Virus record (IMG/VR): IMGVR_UViG_3300019752_000001
Length of the DNA: 64,000 bases
Source: a virus
Reading direction: 5' to 3' (one strand)
Each line of letters starts with the position of its first letter. Position 1 is the stretch's first letter. The notes beneath the pieces were generated by a model. That model worked only from the letters and a program-made list of their open reading frames with translations. It made no database searches and was not told the origin of the DNA. Both the position numbers and the translations under genes were made by a program. Positions 29,217 to 40,113 of the stretch are shown here, one piece after another.

Positions 29217-30041
29217 TTAAGGTTTTATTATTCCATCTTTTAAACATTGTTCGTACTCTTCAAGGTAGGATTTAGGGAATTTCCTTGACCTGTAACCTTT
29301 GTAGATATTATTACAATGAACCAATACAGCTTTTGGTGTAATACCTTTCTTGTGTAAACTGATAAAAATTGTTGTTTCCTCTTCTGTTAAAACATTGTTA
29401 TTAGCCCCAACTCCTACCATCATCAATTTGCAAACGTCTCACAAAGGCTTACAGAGAGTCTGAGACAGAGAGGTAGTTTGTAGAGTTGTATATACTACCT
29501 CCTCTCTTGTTAAGAATACTCCAGCACAGCAAATGGGTGCTCTGTGTCAGGACTTTGATTAACATAGTGATCCAACAAACTGTTTAAACTCTTAATTGTA
29601 TCAGACTGGATGATCAGTTCCATCTCCAATTTCTCAATGTAGGTTTCAATTATTTGTGCATCACAGGCTTGCAAGTTTTCCAACGTAGCAAACACTATAG
29701 CAGGTCTTGCATCCAACCCTTTACCTTTACTCTCTTTCATTAGTTTCTCCTATCATAAATGAAGGCAGCCACTGCCTAGCCCACTCAATATCTTCTCTGT
29801 AACTACTGATCAGAATTACAGCCTCACCTAGTTGGTTATTCAAAATACTACGTCTAGTAATCTCCGCAGCAATCTGACTATCAGCACTGCCTCCAATCTT
29901 TTTCAGCTCAACATTCCAAGCATAAAGTTTCAAAAGTTCCTTATCTGAAATTAACATCTGTTCTTCAAGCTTGACAGCAGCGTTAGTTACATTTGCTAGT
30001 TCTCTCTTTGAATCCTCAGCATAACTGCTAATAATATGCAT
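29217..30041 (-). CDS. three small hypothetical proteins
   Basis: ORFs 29217-29426, 29510-29740, 29727-30041. Confidence 0.45.
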
Positions 30042-30160
30042 ACCAATTACAAGTATACTCAGGATAATAACCCACTCGGTAAAAGATTTTTTTATTTCCT
30101 ATAACCAGAAACCCTATTACAACAAACAAAGAGACAACTCCTACCAAGTGTACAGTTTCT

Positions 30161-30550
30161 TCAATCATCTTCCTGCTCCACAAGGCCATACTTCAGCATA
30201 ACCGCCTCACACACTGCCATACGCAACATCTGGCTAGCTGATGATCCAGATGTTGGGAACCAACTACCTGAGTATGTGTATACTAGAGGATCACTAAGCC
30301 ATTGTTCTTCAACCTCACTCCATTCAATAGCCACCTGGCCCTCTTCATGAACAACATCCAACTTCTCCTTCATCATAAGTGTCATACAGTCTGCTGCTGA
30401 TGACCATGGATCAAACCGGCTACCATCTGATAAGATGATCTTTACAGAAGAAGCTAAATCACCATCGTAGATTGTAACCTCCTTAACTTCAGATAGTAGT
30501 TCTGCGATAGCAATCAAAACTTGTTTAGGTGTCATATCAGTGAACTTCAT
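30161..30550 (-). CDS. NinX / DUF2591-like protein
   Basis: FDPWSSAADCMTLM...RMAVCEAV. Confidence 0.5.
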   Translation of the reverse strand: MKFTDMTPKQVLIAIAELLSEVKEVTIYDGDLASSVKIILSDGSRFDPWSSAADCMTLMMKEKLDVVHEEGQVAIEWSEVEEQWLSDPLVYTYSGSWFPTSGSSASQMLRMAVCEAVMLKYGLVEQEDD

Positions 30551-30591
30551 AGGTTTTCTCCTTTATAGTATTATTAGTGTTATTACTCTTA

Positions 30592-31429
30592 TTACGTATT
30601 CCCGCTAGTTAGCCCGCTCTTAGTGAGCGGTGTACGCTCTACAAATACAGCTCGATCTTCACTAACAACGGTGTAGGTGTATACATAGCGCTCATCTTTC
30701 ACTGGCCCCCAACTTTCAACCTTGATCAACCCTTTGATTGCAGAGCCTTGCAGAGTTTTGTTATGGAGAGGGCCGCCTATTAGAGTATACATGTTATTAG
30801 TCATAAATTCTTACCTTGTTCATTTAAATAACAATAGAATAGGGTTACACAATCACCTGTCAAGATAAAACTTCACCAACCACCCCTTCAGCTATAATTC
30901 TACACTGTTGACTAGAAACACCTTCACCAATTTGTAACAGTTGTTCCTGTATAGAAGCTATAGCTTGTAACTTTTTATAGGCAGTAACCTTGTCCATAAC
31001 TACCTGTTTCTTCTTGCTGGTGTTATAGGCTTCTCTGGTTTCAGCCATCTCTGAGATCATATTGGTGAAGGTAGCTGATAATTCATCTGTAAATGCCTTC
31101 CCTTCTAACACTGCGAACAATTCTTCCCAACCAGATACACCTGTAATAACGAGGAAGGGGTGCTGCCGTTTATCTCCGTTCTTATCAGAATACTCCTTGC
31201 GGAATAGTTTGAACAAGTACCCTTCGAAGCAGAGAGGTTTTTCAGCACACCTTGTAATAGTAAACCTTGCACCGCAATACTTAGAATGAAGGAGTATTGT
31301 GGTAGTAGTCCAGAAGTTATCCACTTTCGATATTGTAAACATTTCATCTTCAGAGCAGAGATTGTTCAGTTTACTCAATAGTAATTTAGCTGTTTGCATT
31401 TCACCGGAATGTTGTATCGGGGTTGTCAT
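30592..31429 (-). CDS. two hypothetical proteins (30592-30804, 30860-31429)
   Basis: Each preceded by a TTGACA promoter. Confidence 0.55.
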
Positions 31430-31469
31430 TATGATTATCCTCTGATCGTTTGCTATAAACTCTACCTGA

Positions 31470-31498
31470 ATATTACAACTGTTAAGTGTTCCTGTCAA
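31470..31498 (-). promoter_or_regulatory. sigma70 promoter
   Basis: TTGACA-17-TAATAT. Confidence 0.75.
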
Positions 31499-31642
31499 AC
31501 ACTATTCACATTTTACTACTCATTCTACAAGCTTATATTCCCTATGTACAAGGCGTTTTAATCATCCCTTATACAATCACACTACTCATATGTTAAAACC
31601 TCTCACAGAGGCTTACAGAGCGTCTCAGACAGTCACACATAG

Positions 31643-31698
31643 AAAAGCCTCAACCATTCCCTCTCAGATTAATTAAGAAGGGGTGGTTGAGGCTTTTT
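31643..31698. terminator. bidirectional terminator
   Basis: AAAAGCCTCAACCA...TGGTTGAGGCTTTTT. Confidence 0.8.
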
Positions 31699-31708
31699 GT
31701 GTATAGCA

Positions 31709-32321
31709 TTACCAACTTACTACGGTGTAAGGAGGTGTAGCATCCCAGTGAGTATTAACTGTGTAGCCTAATGAAAATAGATACCTAATAACTTCGTTTT
31801 CATTTCCTGTTAAAAGTTTTTCCAGTTGCACACAGGTTTTACCCTTTTCGGAGGCTTCGGTGATTAGAGTGTTAAGCTCCTCAAGATCTAGCAGGGCTCC
31901 CTCTTTTAGTTCCTCTCCCCTCTTGGACAGGTATTCATCAACCAAGTGTTTAGCTCTCAGGGCACTGATAACCATACTAAGTAATATCCTCTCTCAGGTT
32001 CTCTTTAAGCAGGTGACTCGTTGTGTTCTGACTCATGAACAATCTCTCAGCCCAGTCTCCCTCACGAGGATTGAAACCACTAACACTACCTTCACAGATA
32101 AGCTTATGCAAAACGTTCAACTGCTCCACTAATGCATCATGCTGGTTAATGGCTAAGGCAATATTCTGTGCAGCTTGTTCTGTTTCCTCTTTTCCACAGT
32201 AGTTACGGATGTTAACACCGAACCAAAGGTAATTAACCAACACTCCTTCACTGTCAGGTTTCAGGTTGTAAACTGTCGAATGTTCAGCTTTAACATCTGG
32301 GTAGTTATTTTTGATAGTCAT
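31709..32321 (-). CDS. two hypothetical proteins (31709-31975, 31977-~32321)
   Basis: Coupled ORFs. Confidence 0.5.
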
Positions 32322-32739
32322 GTTTGTTCCTCTTCTTAAACCAGAACACAATAGGGGTTGTCTTGACAACAATCTGACCAAACCTCTCAGCAGTTCTGAA
32401 GTTTACACTACTATTACGTCCACGCTCAACTTGCTTCTCAAGCTCCTTCCTAAATTCCTCCACAGAAAAACACACTCTTGGATAAGTTGCAAGGAGCACA
32501 TGACGAAACCATATTATCCAGTGTATCTATAAATCTTCATGCTGCATATCTCCTGTAAATCTCACCTCTGTCTAGTGAATATTCTTCCGTTCATGCACAG
32601 GAACTATCTCAGACTTCCTATGTATAGGATGAAAGTGGTCAACATGCCAGCCCTTTTAAGGAAGCTGACAACCACAATACCAGCAGATTCCGTTAGACTT
32701 ATTCCATACCAGCTGCCTAGTTTTCTTAGATATTGCCAT
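32305..32739 (-). pseudogene. HNH endonuclease, disrupted
   Basis: MAISKKTRQLVWNKSNGICWYCG..*KGWHVDH...CAPCNLSK with two in-frame stops and frameshifts. Confidence 0.75.
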
Positions 32740-32742
32740 TAG

Positions 32743-33148
32743 TTAGTTTCCTCTGATCCCTGTACTGCTGATACAACATAGGCTTTCTGGACAAGGAAGA
32801 TACATAACATCTACCCCCCAAACCTGTTGAGCGTGACGAGTCATAGCTTGCTCATATTCGAAGTCTTTTGTGTCACGTAATCCTCTTACTACAACCTCCA
32901 CGTTTTCAGACTTCAAGTAATCACCGAGATCAGAATCTTTTCTGTAGGTAACTTGGGTGTTATGTAAATGTGACACCTCCTCCCAAAAGTAATCTGCCCT
33001 ATCCTCTCCAGAGGTATCGTAAACCTTATCAGGGTTATCCGCAACAACCACTAACAGTTCAAAACCCAACCAGTTACACATCTCTACTACCCCAGAGGTG
33101 CCCTTCGTGTACAGGGTTAAAACTCCTTATAAATGCAACCTTTTTCAT
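32743..33148 (-). pseudogene. coaD: phosphopantetheine adenylyltransferase (CoaD), split by a +1 frameshift
   Basis: ATG 33148 gives MKKVAFIRSFNPVHEGHLW (HxGH); removing one G from the G4 run (33090-33093) joins VVVRGLRDTKDFEYEQAM...ISSTGIR. Confidence 0.8.
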
Positions 33149-33663
33149 AGTAGATCTCCTCTATGCTCCACAAACCACTCCGTACATTTCTGCTTGAACT
33201 CCTGAGAAGAGGAAGTATCATTAATCAAGACCCAATCAGCGACCTCTTCCCTTTGCTCCCTAGCTAATTGTGTATTGTGGATTCTCTGAGTCAGTGACAC
33301 ATTTCTGTGTGTATCCCGAAGTATAGCTGCTTCCTGGTTAGCTTTACGCTCAACCGTTAGAATCTTATAAGAAGGCTTTATATCAAAACCCTCTAAGTTA
33401 GGGATGACACAAACTTCTGGAGTGTTAGAGGTTAAGTACATATCAAAGTGTTGCATCAACCACCTTTCGTATTCCTTCCAGTTAGGATGAATGAAGGCTA
33501 CAGGACTACTGCCAAACCAACCTTTAAAAGTGTAGTGATGTAAAGCTGTTCCTTTCATTTCTTCGTGGAACCAGTCATCAACATCTAAGCATTTGTACCC
33601 CAACTCTTCAGCAGCTTGCAATAGTGTACTTTTACCACAAGCTATACCTCCAGTTACAATCAA
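33145..33663 (-). CDS. coaE: dephospho-CoA kinase (CoaE)-like
   Basis: IVTGGIACGKST, LDVD, RD.......RIHNTQL, ADWVLIND; ATGA-coupled to coaD. Confidence 0.7.
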   Translation of the reverse strand: MIVTGGIACGKSTLLQAAEELGYKCLDVDDWFHEEMKGTALHHYTFKGWFGSSPVAFIHPNWKEYERWLMQHFDMYLTSNTPEVCVIPNLEGFDIKPSYKILTVERKANQEAAILRDTHRNVSLTQRIHNTQLAREQREEVADWVLINDTSSSQEFKQKCTEWFVEHRGDLL

Positions 33664-33906
33664 TATGTTAAGGTCTACTTTGTCAATAACCTAAGTTCGT
33701 TCTGTACATCTCCACTAATTATATTAACTCGACCTACTAATTATAGGTAGCTAAACAATGATTATTTGTACTCAGCCTTAGCTGGTGATTTCTGCGATGT
33801 GTTTTTCTTAACTCTTGGAACCTATTATAAACACATAGATACACATTGCAACAACTATTTTTAACTTTATCATTCAACGAACTACCGGCGATTACACCAA
33901 GGCATT

Positions 33907-33938
33907 AAAAAAGCCAGCTACTCTTTAGTAGTGGCTTT
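33907..33938 (-). terminator. terminator
   Basis: AAAAAAGCCAGCTACT-CTTT-AGTAGTGGCTTT. Confidence 0.55.
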
Positions 33939-33963
33939 CTAGTAATAGGTTTATCTTCCAATA

Positions 33964-35817
33964 TCAACGTTTAATTACTCGGCCAATAAACAAATAAAGC
34001 TGCCGTGAAAACGCATAATGTGCATTGAAGTTAAATGAAAAGCAATCTTTTTCTACGCTAAATTCAAGTGCATATCGTGGCTTTGGTTGTGACACGTATA
34101 TCCGGCCAACTTTTTTAGGGTTGTCAATCCTAACTTCTTCCTGGGTTACAGTATACCCTTCACCTTCAAGAAATGCAATAAATGTTTTCTTGTTTATCGG
34201 CGCTCTGCCTGTCTTGACGCTGTGCTGACTATCTTTCCAATCCTTCAGGGTGTCCCACGTTAATTTAGCCATAACCACGCTCCTTATTTAAGTTACACAA
34301 TTTTACCAGAAAACCTTGGCTGTTACCAGCCATTATTGCCCAGGTATGTCTTAACTTCATTCATGTTATTGAACCACTTCTCACCACCGCAGTAGTTGTA
34401 AGACATGTTAGTGCTACCGTCTTTCTTCCATACTGTTACTGTAGCGCTTTTGTTATCATTATCAGTCCAGACATTATATTCGGTGAATAGCTCGTTGTCA
34501 CGCTTTACTTCGGTGTGGATAGTAACCTCTACAACATCATCGCCCTGCATTTCTAACCACTCAGAAGCGCTTACAGTAGCAACGTTACCGAATTCATCTG
34601 TTACTGTGTTGCCGCGTACTGTGAATGTCTTACCGGTGAATCGATCTTTGTAAGTGGTCATGGTGTGTCTCCCTAAGTGATGTAACCATTATAGCGATTA
34701 TGGATATGATTGCAATAGCTTATCCATCATTTAATTATCATTCCATCCTAACGACATGTAGCATATCCCTTTGGTTTACAGAACAGTATAAGTTTTTCAC
34801 TTCAAACATTTTTAGTTCTCCTTGTCAGGCAAAATTATCCCTACAAATAAAGGTATTCTCTACCTTCAACTCGTAGTTTTCTCTTACATCCCCGTCCCAC
34901 ACTTCTATATGGAAATGATAAATATTCTTTATCGAGTGTGTGAATACAACATTCACTTGTGTTGCATTAGGAAACTGAACCTCAACCATCTTCTTAACCG
35001 CTAAATTCTTCATTACTCTACCTCTCCCTTTTAGATTCTAAGATATCAATCTCATCGCGGTGCACCCAGATACCATTGCGCATTTTTTTCTGCATATCAA
35101 CGGTCTTCTGAACATCGGCACGAAGCTGCTCCACAACATCTTGAGCAGTCTCTTTTTTGATCTTCAAATTATGAAATTTAACCACGAGAGCCTCCGTCAT
35201 CAATATTTTCATTATGCTCTAGAGGTTCATTAGCTGCAATGGCACTAGAGAACTCCTCCTGCTTGTAGGTTAGTATATATTCGCCATCACCTTTCTTACG
35301 AATCCCGTACTGTTTATTATTATGCATCGGCCTTCTCCATCTCAATCAAAACATTAATAATGTAATCCTGTAAATAAACACAACCAAGGTGCGCTTCTGG
35401 ATTGATTGCAATCTTGTTAATGTGTACTTGTTCATCTTTAAGGTATTCTTTGTCGGTTATGTTTGCGCAATACAACTTTTTAGGGTGCAATTTGCCATCA
35501 ATTGTGAAGGTGCTGTAGATATAAGAATCATCATCTTTACAGAGTTCTGCATAAGTGCTTCGGTAATAATGAATCTCAACTTTTACCTTCTTGCTGACAG
35601 ATGGTGGGGTATTGTTACGATACCAACTCTTTTTACCACCCTCGACTGGAGAAGTGTAAACCATCCCCATCCGGGTTTCAAACCACTTACCGTCACACCA
35701 GTAGTAAGTGTCACTTTCAAATTCCTCGATAGTGTTGTTGTGAAACTCTTCCACAAAACCATCAAAAGAAATTACACAAAAATCACCAGATACTGTTAGA
35801 TCGTTAATGCTTGTCAT
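33964..35817 (-). CDS. five small hypothetical proteins
   Basis: ORFs 33964-34278, 34323-34661, 34825-35013, 35018-35212, 35320-35817. Confidence 0.5.
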
Positions 35818-35867
35818 TGTAAGTTACCTGTTCAGTTGTTTGTTTGATGTGATTACAGTTTAGTTGT

Positions 35868-37166
35868 TCAGAAAGCCCTTGTCAACACTAAATTATCATG
35901 TGTACCCAACACCTCCCACCAAGCTTCTCTGAATGTGTCAACAAGCAACTGCTCATCTTCCTGCTTAACTACAGCTGAATCATGATACGGAAGGAGAGGT
36001 TTGTCAAGGGCTGTGAAGGTGTTTATTACATTCATGAGGATGGAGGAATCTAAGTATTGTAGTTGTTGCCAAAGGAGAGAGGATGAACCAGGATATAAAG
36101 AGTTGCTTAGTAACACTTCAGAGATGCGATGATTAGTTTTTAACAAAGAGTTTACTACATCAGTTGGACACAACACATCATAATTTACTGTGGGGTAGTC
36201 TCTATCATCCACTGACTGCTTTATTTGGTTCAGTGTAAACCACCCGCATGACCTTTCAGCTTTCTTAAGGTTTTCACAATAGAGGAGCGACATAAAGAAC
36301 TTCTTACACAACCCTCTGATATCCTCGTACCCTCCCTGTACAAGCCCTTGTTCAACCTTATAAGGTTCAAAGTGTTCCGGTAAGTTTATTCCTAAATGGC
36401 AGGCTATCAGGTTTGGGTGAAGACACTTAATATCCACCTCAACAGTTCTCTGTCCATCAATAGTGATAGTTGGTCTTAGCTTAGAAGGGAGAGATTGAAA
36501 CCCTCCACAACTATAAACTCTTCCTGCTAGCGTTATCTTCTCTGAGAATATACGTCTGTAACAAGGACTGCAAGAGTAGTCCCCCACTTTGACTGTATGA
36601 CCACTTAACATATTGTTATAATCTTTCATATCCTGCTTAAGCTGACCAATACCTTTAGGCTTGACACCTGTAACCTGCTTACCTTTCAAGTCGCGTATAA
36701 CCACTTCCTCTTCATTCCCTCTACTGGCCCCTTCAGAGCTAACAGGAAGCTCTGAGAAGAGATTTATAAGAGGTTGTAGAGGTTTTATAGAGGACTTGCA
36801 ATAGTCCTCCTCGTGCAGGTAATAGCCTTTGTAGAGGGTTATTAATCCCAACTCTTCAAGTAATGGTAAGAGTTCAAGCATCTTCTTGTATGAAAGTTTC
36901 TGTTTGTACTTTTTGTTTGCTTCTGAGTATCTTACAGGTTTCAGAGAGATATTAAAGAAATCTCCTCCGTATCTCAAGGTTTTAGATATAGCTGTAACTA
37001 GGCACCAAACTTCATTATCGTACTTAGAACCTACATTAAGTAATTTTGTAACTTCTTTGTGTACATACAAGAAATAAGTACTTCTCTTTATCTGTAGATT
37101 GAATGGTTCAGAAGTAGCTCTAATCTTTATCTGTTGTTCTTTCTCCAGGGTCAGGAGTTCTATCAT
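35868..37166 (-). CDS. minimal A-family (PolA / T7-RNAP-like) nucleotide polymerase
   Basis: GRVYS, motif A EVDIKCLHP, motif B RGLCKKFFMSLLY, LQYLDS, motif C LPYHDSAVV; no exonuclease domain. Confidence 0.7.
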   Translation of the reverse strand: MIELLTLEKEQQIKIRATSEPFNLQIKRSTYFLYVHKEVTKLLNVGSKYDNEVWCLVTAISKTLRYGGDFFNISLKPVRYSEANKKYKQKLSYKKMLELLPLLEELGLITLYKGYYLHEEDYCKSSIKPLQPLINLFSELPVSSEGASRGNEEEVVIRDLKGKQVTGVKPKGIGQLKQDMKDYNNMLSGHTVKVGDYSCSPCYRRIFSEKITLAGRVYSCGGFQSLPSKLRPTITIDGQRTVEVDIKCLHPNLIACHLGINLPEHFEPYKVEQGLVQGGYEDIRGLCKKFFMSLLYCENLKKAERSCGWFTLNQIKQSVDDRDYPTVNYDVLCPTDVVNSLLKTNHRISEVLLSNSLYPGSSSLLWQQLQYLDSSILMNVINTFTALDKPLLPYHDSAVVKQEDEQLLVDTFREAWWEVLGTHDNLVLTRAF

Positions 37167-37335
37167 TATTCTTACCTTCTAATTTATCAGATGCTTCGAT
37201 GATGGCTTCTGACATAGTTAAGTTTTTATTCGCTGTTAATCTCATCAAGACAGTAACTAAAAAGGTTTGTCTGCTGTACTTTCCTCTGTGTTTCTCTAAC
37301 ATCCTTGTAACATTTCTTGGAAGTACTAAATTCAT
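37120..37335 (-). CDS. small putative DNA-binding (RHH-like) protein
   Basis: MNLVLP...LEK.RGKYSRQTFL; overlaps the polymerase start. Confidence 0.4.
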   Translation of the reverse strand: MNLVLPRNVTRMLEKHRGKYSRQTFLVTVLMRLTANKNLTMSEAIIEASDKLEGKNNDRTPDPGERTTDKD

Positions 37336-37443
37336 CACAAACTCCTTTATATTATTTGTTCTTTACTTATAGCTTATACTCATTGTCTTTATTATCTGTT
37401 CTTCTAAGTCCTCTGTTGAGATATATACTATGAAGGAGAGCAA

Positions 37444-37572
37444 GAGCATTAGATCAAGGGAGAGAGGAATCCCCAAGGGGCGCTCAATGGGAATCTAAAT
37501 AACCGTGAAACCCACACAGCACTAAGGCTGCAGAGCAGAGGTTGACCTCTATTGTGGAAAATCCCTCTCTTT
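37444..37572. other. multi-branched structured non-coding element
   Basis: Nested complementary segments (see finding). Confidence 0.5.
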
Positions 37573-37599
37573 TACATGACCTTTACACCACCTATCACA

Positions 37600-39086
37600 T
37601 CACCCTTTATGCCCTACAATATCCCCACACTCACAGTCCTTGGCAATCATCTTAGCGACTAACAAAGTTTGCTCATGAAGCTCATATAGAATGGTATGAA
37701 CAAACTTATATTTCACTTGCTCATCATTTTCTGTATCGTTAGCCCATTTAACCAGGTTCCTCATAACACAGGCGTAGGAGTCACAAGCAAGAATTTCCCC
37801 GTACAGATCCTCTACTTCGTCATAGGTAACAGGGATATATTTCTTATGCAGAAGAGGTAGTACATTACCAACAGGTTCGAATATACGCCAAGGGTTTGTC
37901 AGTCTACGTGTATCAGCCAGAGCATCTTGGAACATCTTCATACGTTCTGGGTTGCGACGCTTCTTATAATACTGTGCAGTGTTGGTCACAGTACGTCGAG
38001 ACATCGCTCCAGAGTTCAGTGCATCAATTACTTCTTGTTTGGTGTTATACTTCGGTTTCATTAGTGTTCCTTATTCAAATTAAGTGTAATACAACTACAT
38101 TATACAACACAAGGAGGGCAGAATCAACTATTTAAGCCCATAAAATCCTCCCTTCCCATCATCCTCTTCCTTAGCAAACTCAGCCAGCCACTCCAAGTCC
38201 TTTATCAGCTGAAACACTCCCTCTTTCACAGGAATAAATCTGCTATCATTCTCAGCAAGCTTAGTCAAAGCTCTCTTACACTTCAACTCTGACCCTGTTG
38301 CATCGATCATCTCAATAACTCTGTGAAGGTCTGTAGGGATAATCCTGCCAGCTAGCACCTCTAACAGCTCCTGATCAACGTTCTTCAACCTAAGAGGGAG
38401 AGTTATCTCTCCCTGTCAACTTACTCCACCACACACCCACCTTGTACAAGCGTGTAACATTCTTCACCTTCTCCCACAAAGACAGCGGAGGTTCTCTTTC
38501 GAAAAACCCATAAGCCCAGTAACCTTCTTCACCACAAACTGTGCAGATTGTTTCCGTCTCTGATACATGACCTCCGTCGGTGTAGAACTTTCCCAGCTTG
38601 TTGTTGCCTCCACAAGCTTGACAGGTGTACTTGTTGTCATATTTAGTCGTCATTACTCTCTCCCTTACAGCTAGCCCACACACTAACAAACTTCACCTGA
38701 TCACTGCTTAGCAGGCAAACTCTTGAATCTTGTCCTGAGACAATACCAGATAAGGTGTTCGCCAACTTATACTGTGTACGTCCTTCAAAGTATTCAGCAA
38801 TCTTTCCTTCTCCTTCTGTAATCCAACCTTTGTCTGCGAAGTAAGCGGCATAACTACCTCCCCAATTCCCTCTATACATATCCTTATGTACCTCAGCAAG
38901 CTCTGTAGTGTCTCCTAACAGGAGATTGCCAAGCCAATGACGTTTCACAGGTGTGGTTTCTAACCGTTCTATAACCTCGGTTATCACCTCTTCACTGGCT
39001 TGCTTAGCTGAGTTGTAGTTGTGTAGAGCTTCTGATACTTCCTGTGAAGTGTATTGTGCAGCTCCGTTAAAGACTCCTGAGTTCAT
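37600..39086 (-). CDS. four hypothetical proteins incl. a Zn-ribbon protein (38390-~38656)
   Basis: ORFs 37600-38061, 38128-38388, 38390-38689 (CxxC...CxxC), 38643-39086. Confidence 0.5.
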
Positions 39087-39326
39087 CTAAACAACCACCT
39101 CTTCAAACTTCTCGATAAACACATCATACTCTCTGGTAAAAACCTCTCCTGTATTACAGCTTACATAGGTTACTAATGTAGGCCACTTTGCCTTATCTGT
39201 GGTGGTCTGATTACCTACACTTAGCACAATATAACGAGCACCTGAATGGTGGGTATATATTGGTAATTTTGATTTAATCATTTGTAACCCTTCTTTAATA
39301 TTAACTGTTACGTAACTTATTAGCAC
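39087..39326 (-). CDS. DUF1653-like protein
   Basis: IYTHHSGARYIV...LVTY...GEVFTREYDVFIEKF. Confidence 0.6.
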   Translation of the reverse strand: MLISYVTVNIKEGLQMIKSKLPIYTHHSGARYIVLSVGNQTTTDKAKWPTLVTYVSCNTGEVFTREYDVFIEKFEEVVV

Positions 39327-39642
39327 GTTTCCTCAACAGTAGCGCTTGCACCTCGAATTTTGGTGACACTCTTTCCAAGTAATTAGTTGCATCATCCACA
39401 GCTTTGGCAGCCACCTTTCTGTGGTGATCACACATTAAAACATAACCACGACCTGACAAACTACACCGATCTCATCTTTACCTTTAACAACCTATCCTGT
39501 AGGTGCTGTCCAGTCCTTCATAACAAACTTGTAAGTTATTCCTCTCCCCCAGTTACTTAAAGCATTACAACCTAGTTCTCCTTTTAGATTAATAGAAGGA
39601 GAAGCCTTTAGGAGTGCATCTGTGAAAGTTTTATGTGTTTAT

Positions 39643-40113
39643 TCATTTGAACAGCCACCTCCATAGGGAAGTATCTCGTTTGTGTTGTGCATCACAGGCT
39701 GCATTTCTATCATCCCACCAACAAGGCAACCCTTTTTCCTCCCTTTCTCGTTCATCATCCATAACCTTTTGTGCATCCCAACCCCCTTTGTATTTATCAA
39801 ACCCGCAGACAGCCTTATCCAAGCTTAAGGTTCCTATATTTCTGAGGAAAGCTCGCTCATTGTATACTCTCAAAGATGTCATAGCAAGATCTTGCTTCCA
39901 TCCTTTATATCTGTTATGTGCAGCTTTGTCTACATCTTCACGAAGTCTTCCACAATACTCTATTAAGTCTCTGCCATGAGGACAAATCACAGTAACATAA
40001 TAACCTGCATTACCCTCGAAAGGTATACTCCACTTATTACAGTCCTCTTCTGTCATCATCCAGACTTCTAAATCTAAGTCTTTATACTTGATATTCTCCT
40101 TAGTTCCCATCAA
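39643..40113 (-). CDS. hypothetical protein
   Basis: Coupled ORF. Confidence 0.5.
   Translation of the reverse strand: MMGTKENIKYKDLDLEVWMMTEEDCNKWSIPFEGNAGYYVTVICPHGRDLIEYCGRLREDVDKAAHNRYKGWKQDLAMTSLRVYNERAFLRNIGTLSLDKAVCGFDKYKGGWDAQKVMDDEREREEKGLPCWWDDRNAACDAQHKRDTSLWRWLFK

Noticed and set aside
32305-32739. In-frame stops as stop-codon recoding
   Set aside because: Both TAA and TAG plus frameshifts occur, and all long genes read cleanly in the standard code.
32743-33148. CoaD-like ORF as the NMN adenylyltransferase of NARP2
   Set aside because: RGLR..DFEYE is CoaD-specific and it is coupled to a CoaE-like kinase, 17 kb from Nampt.
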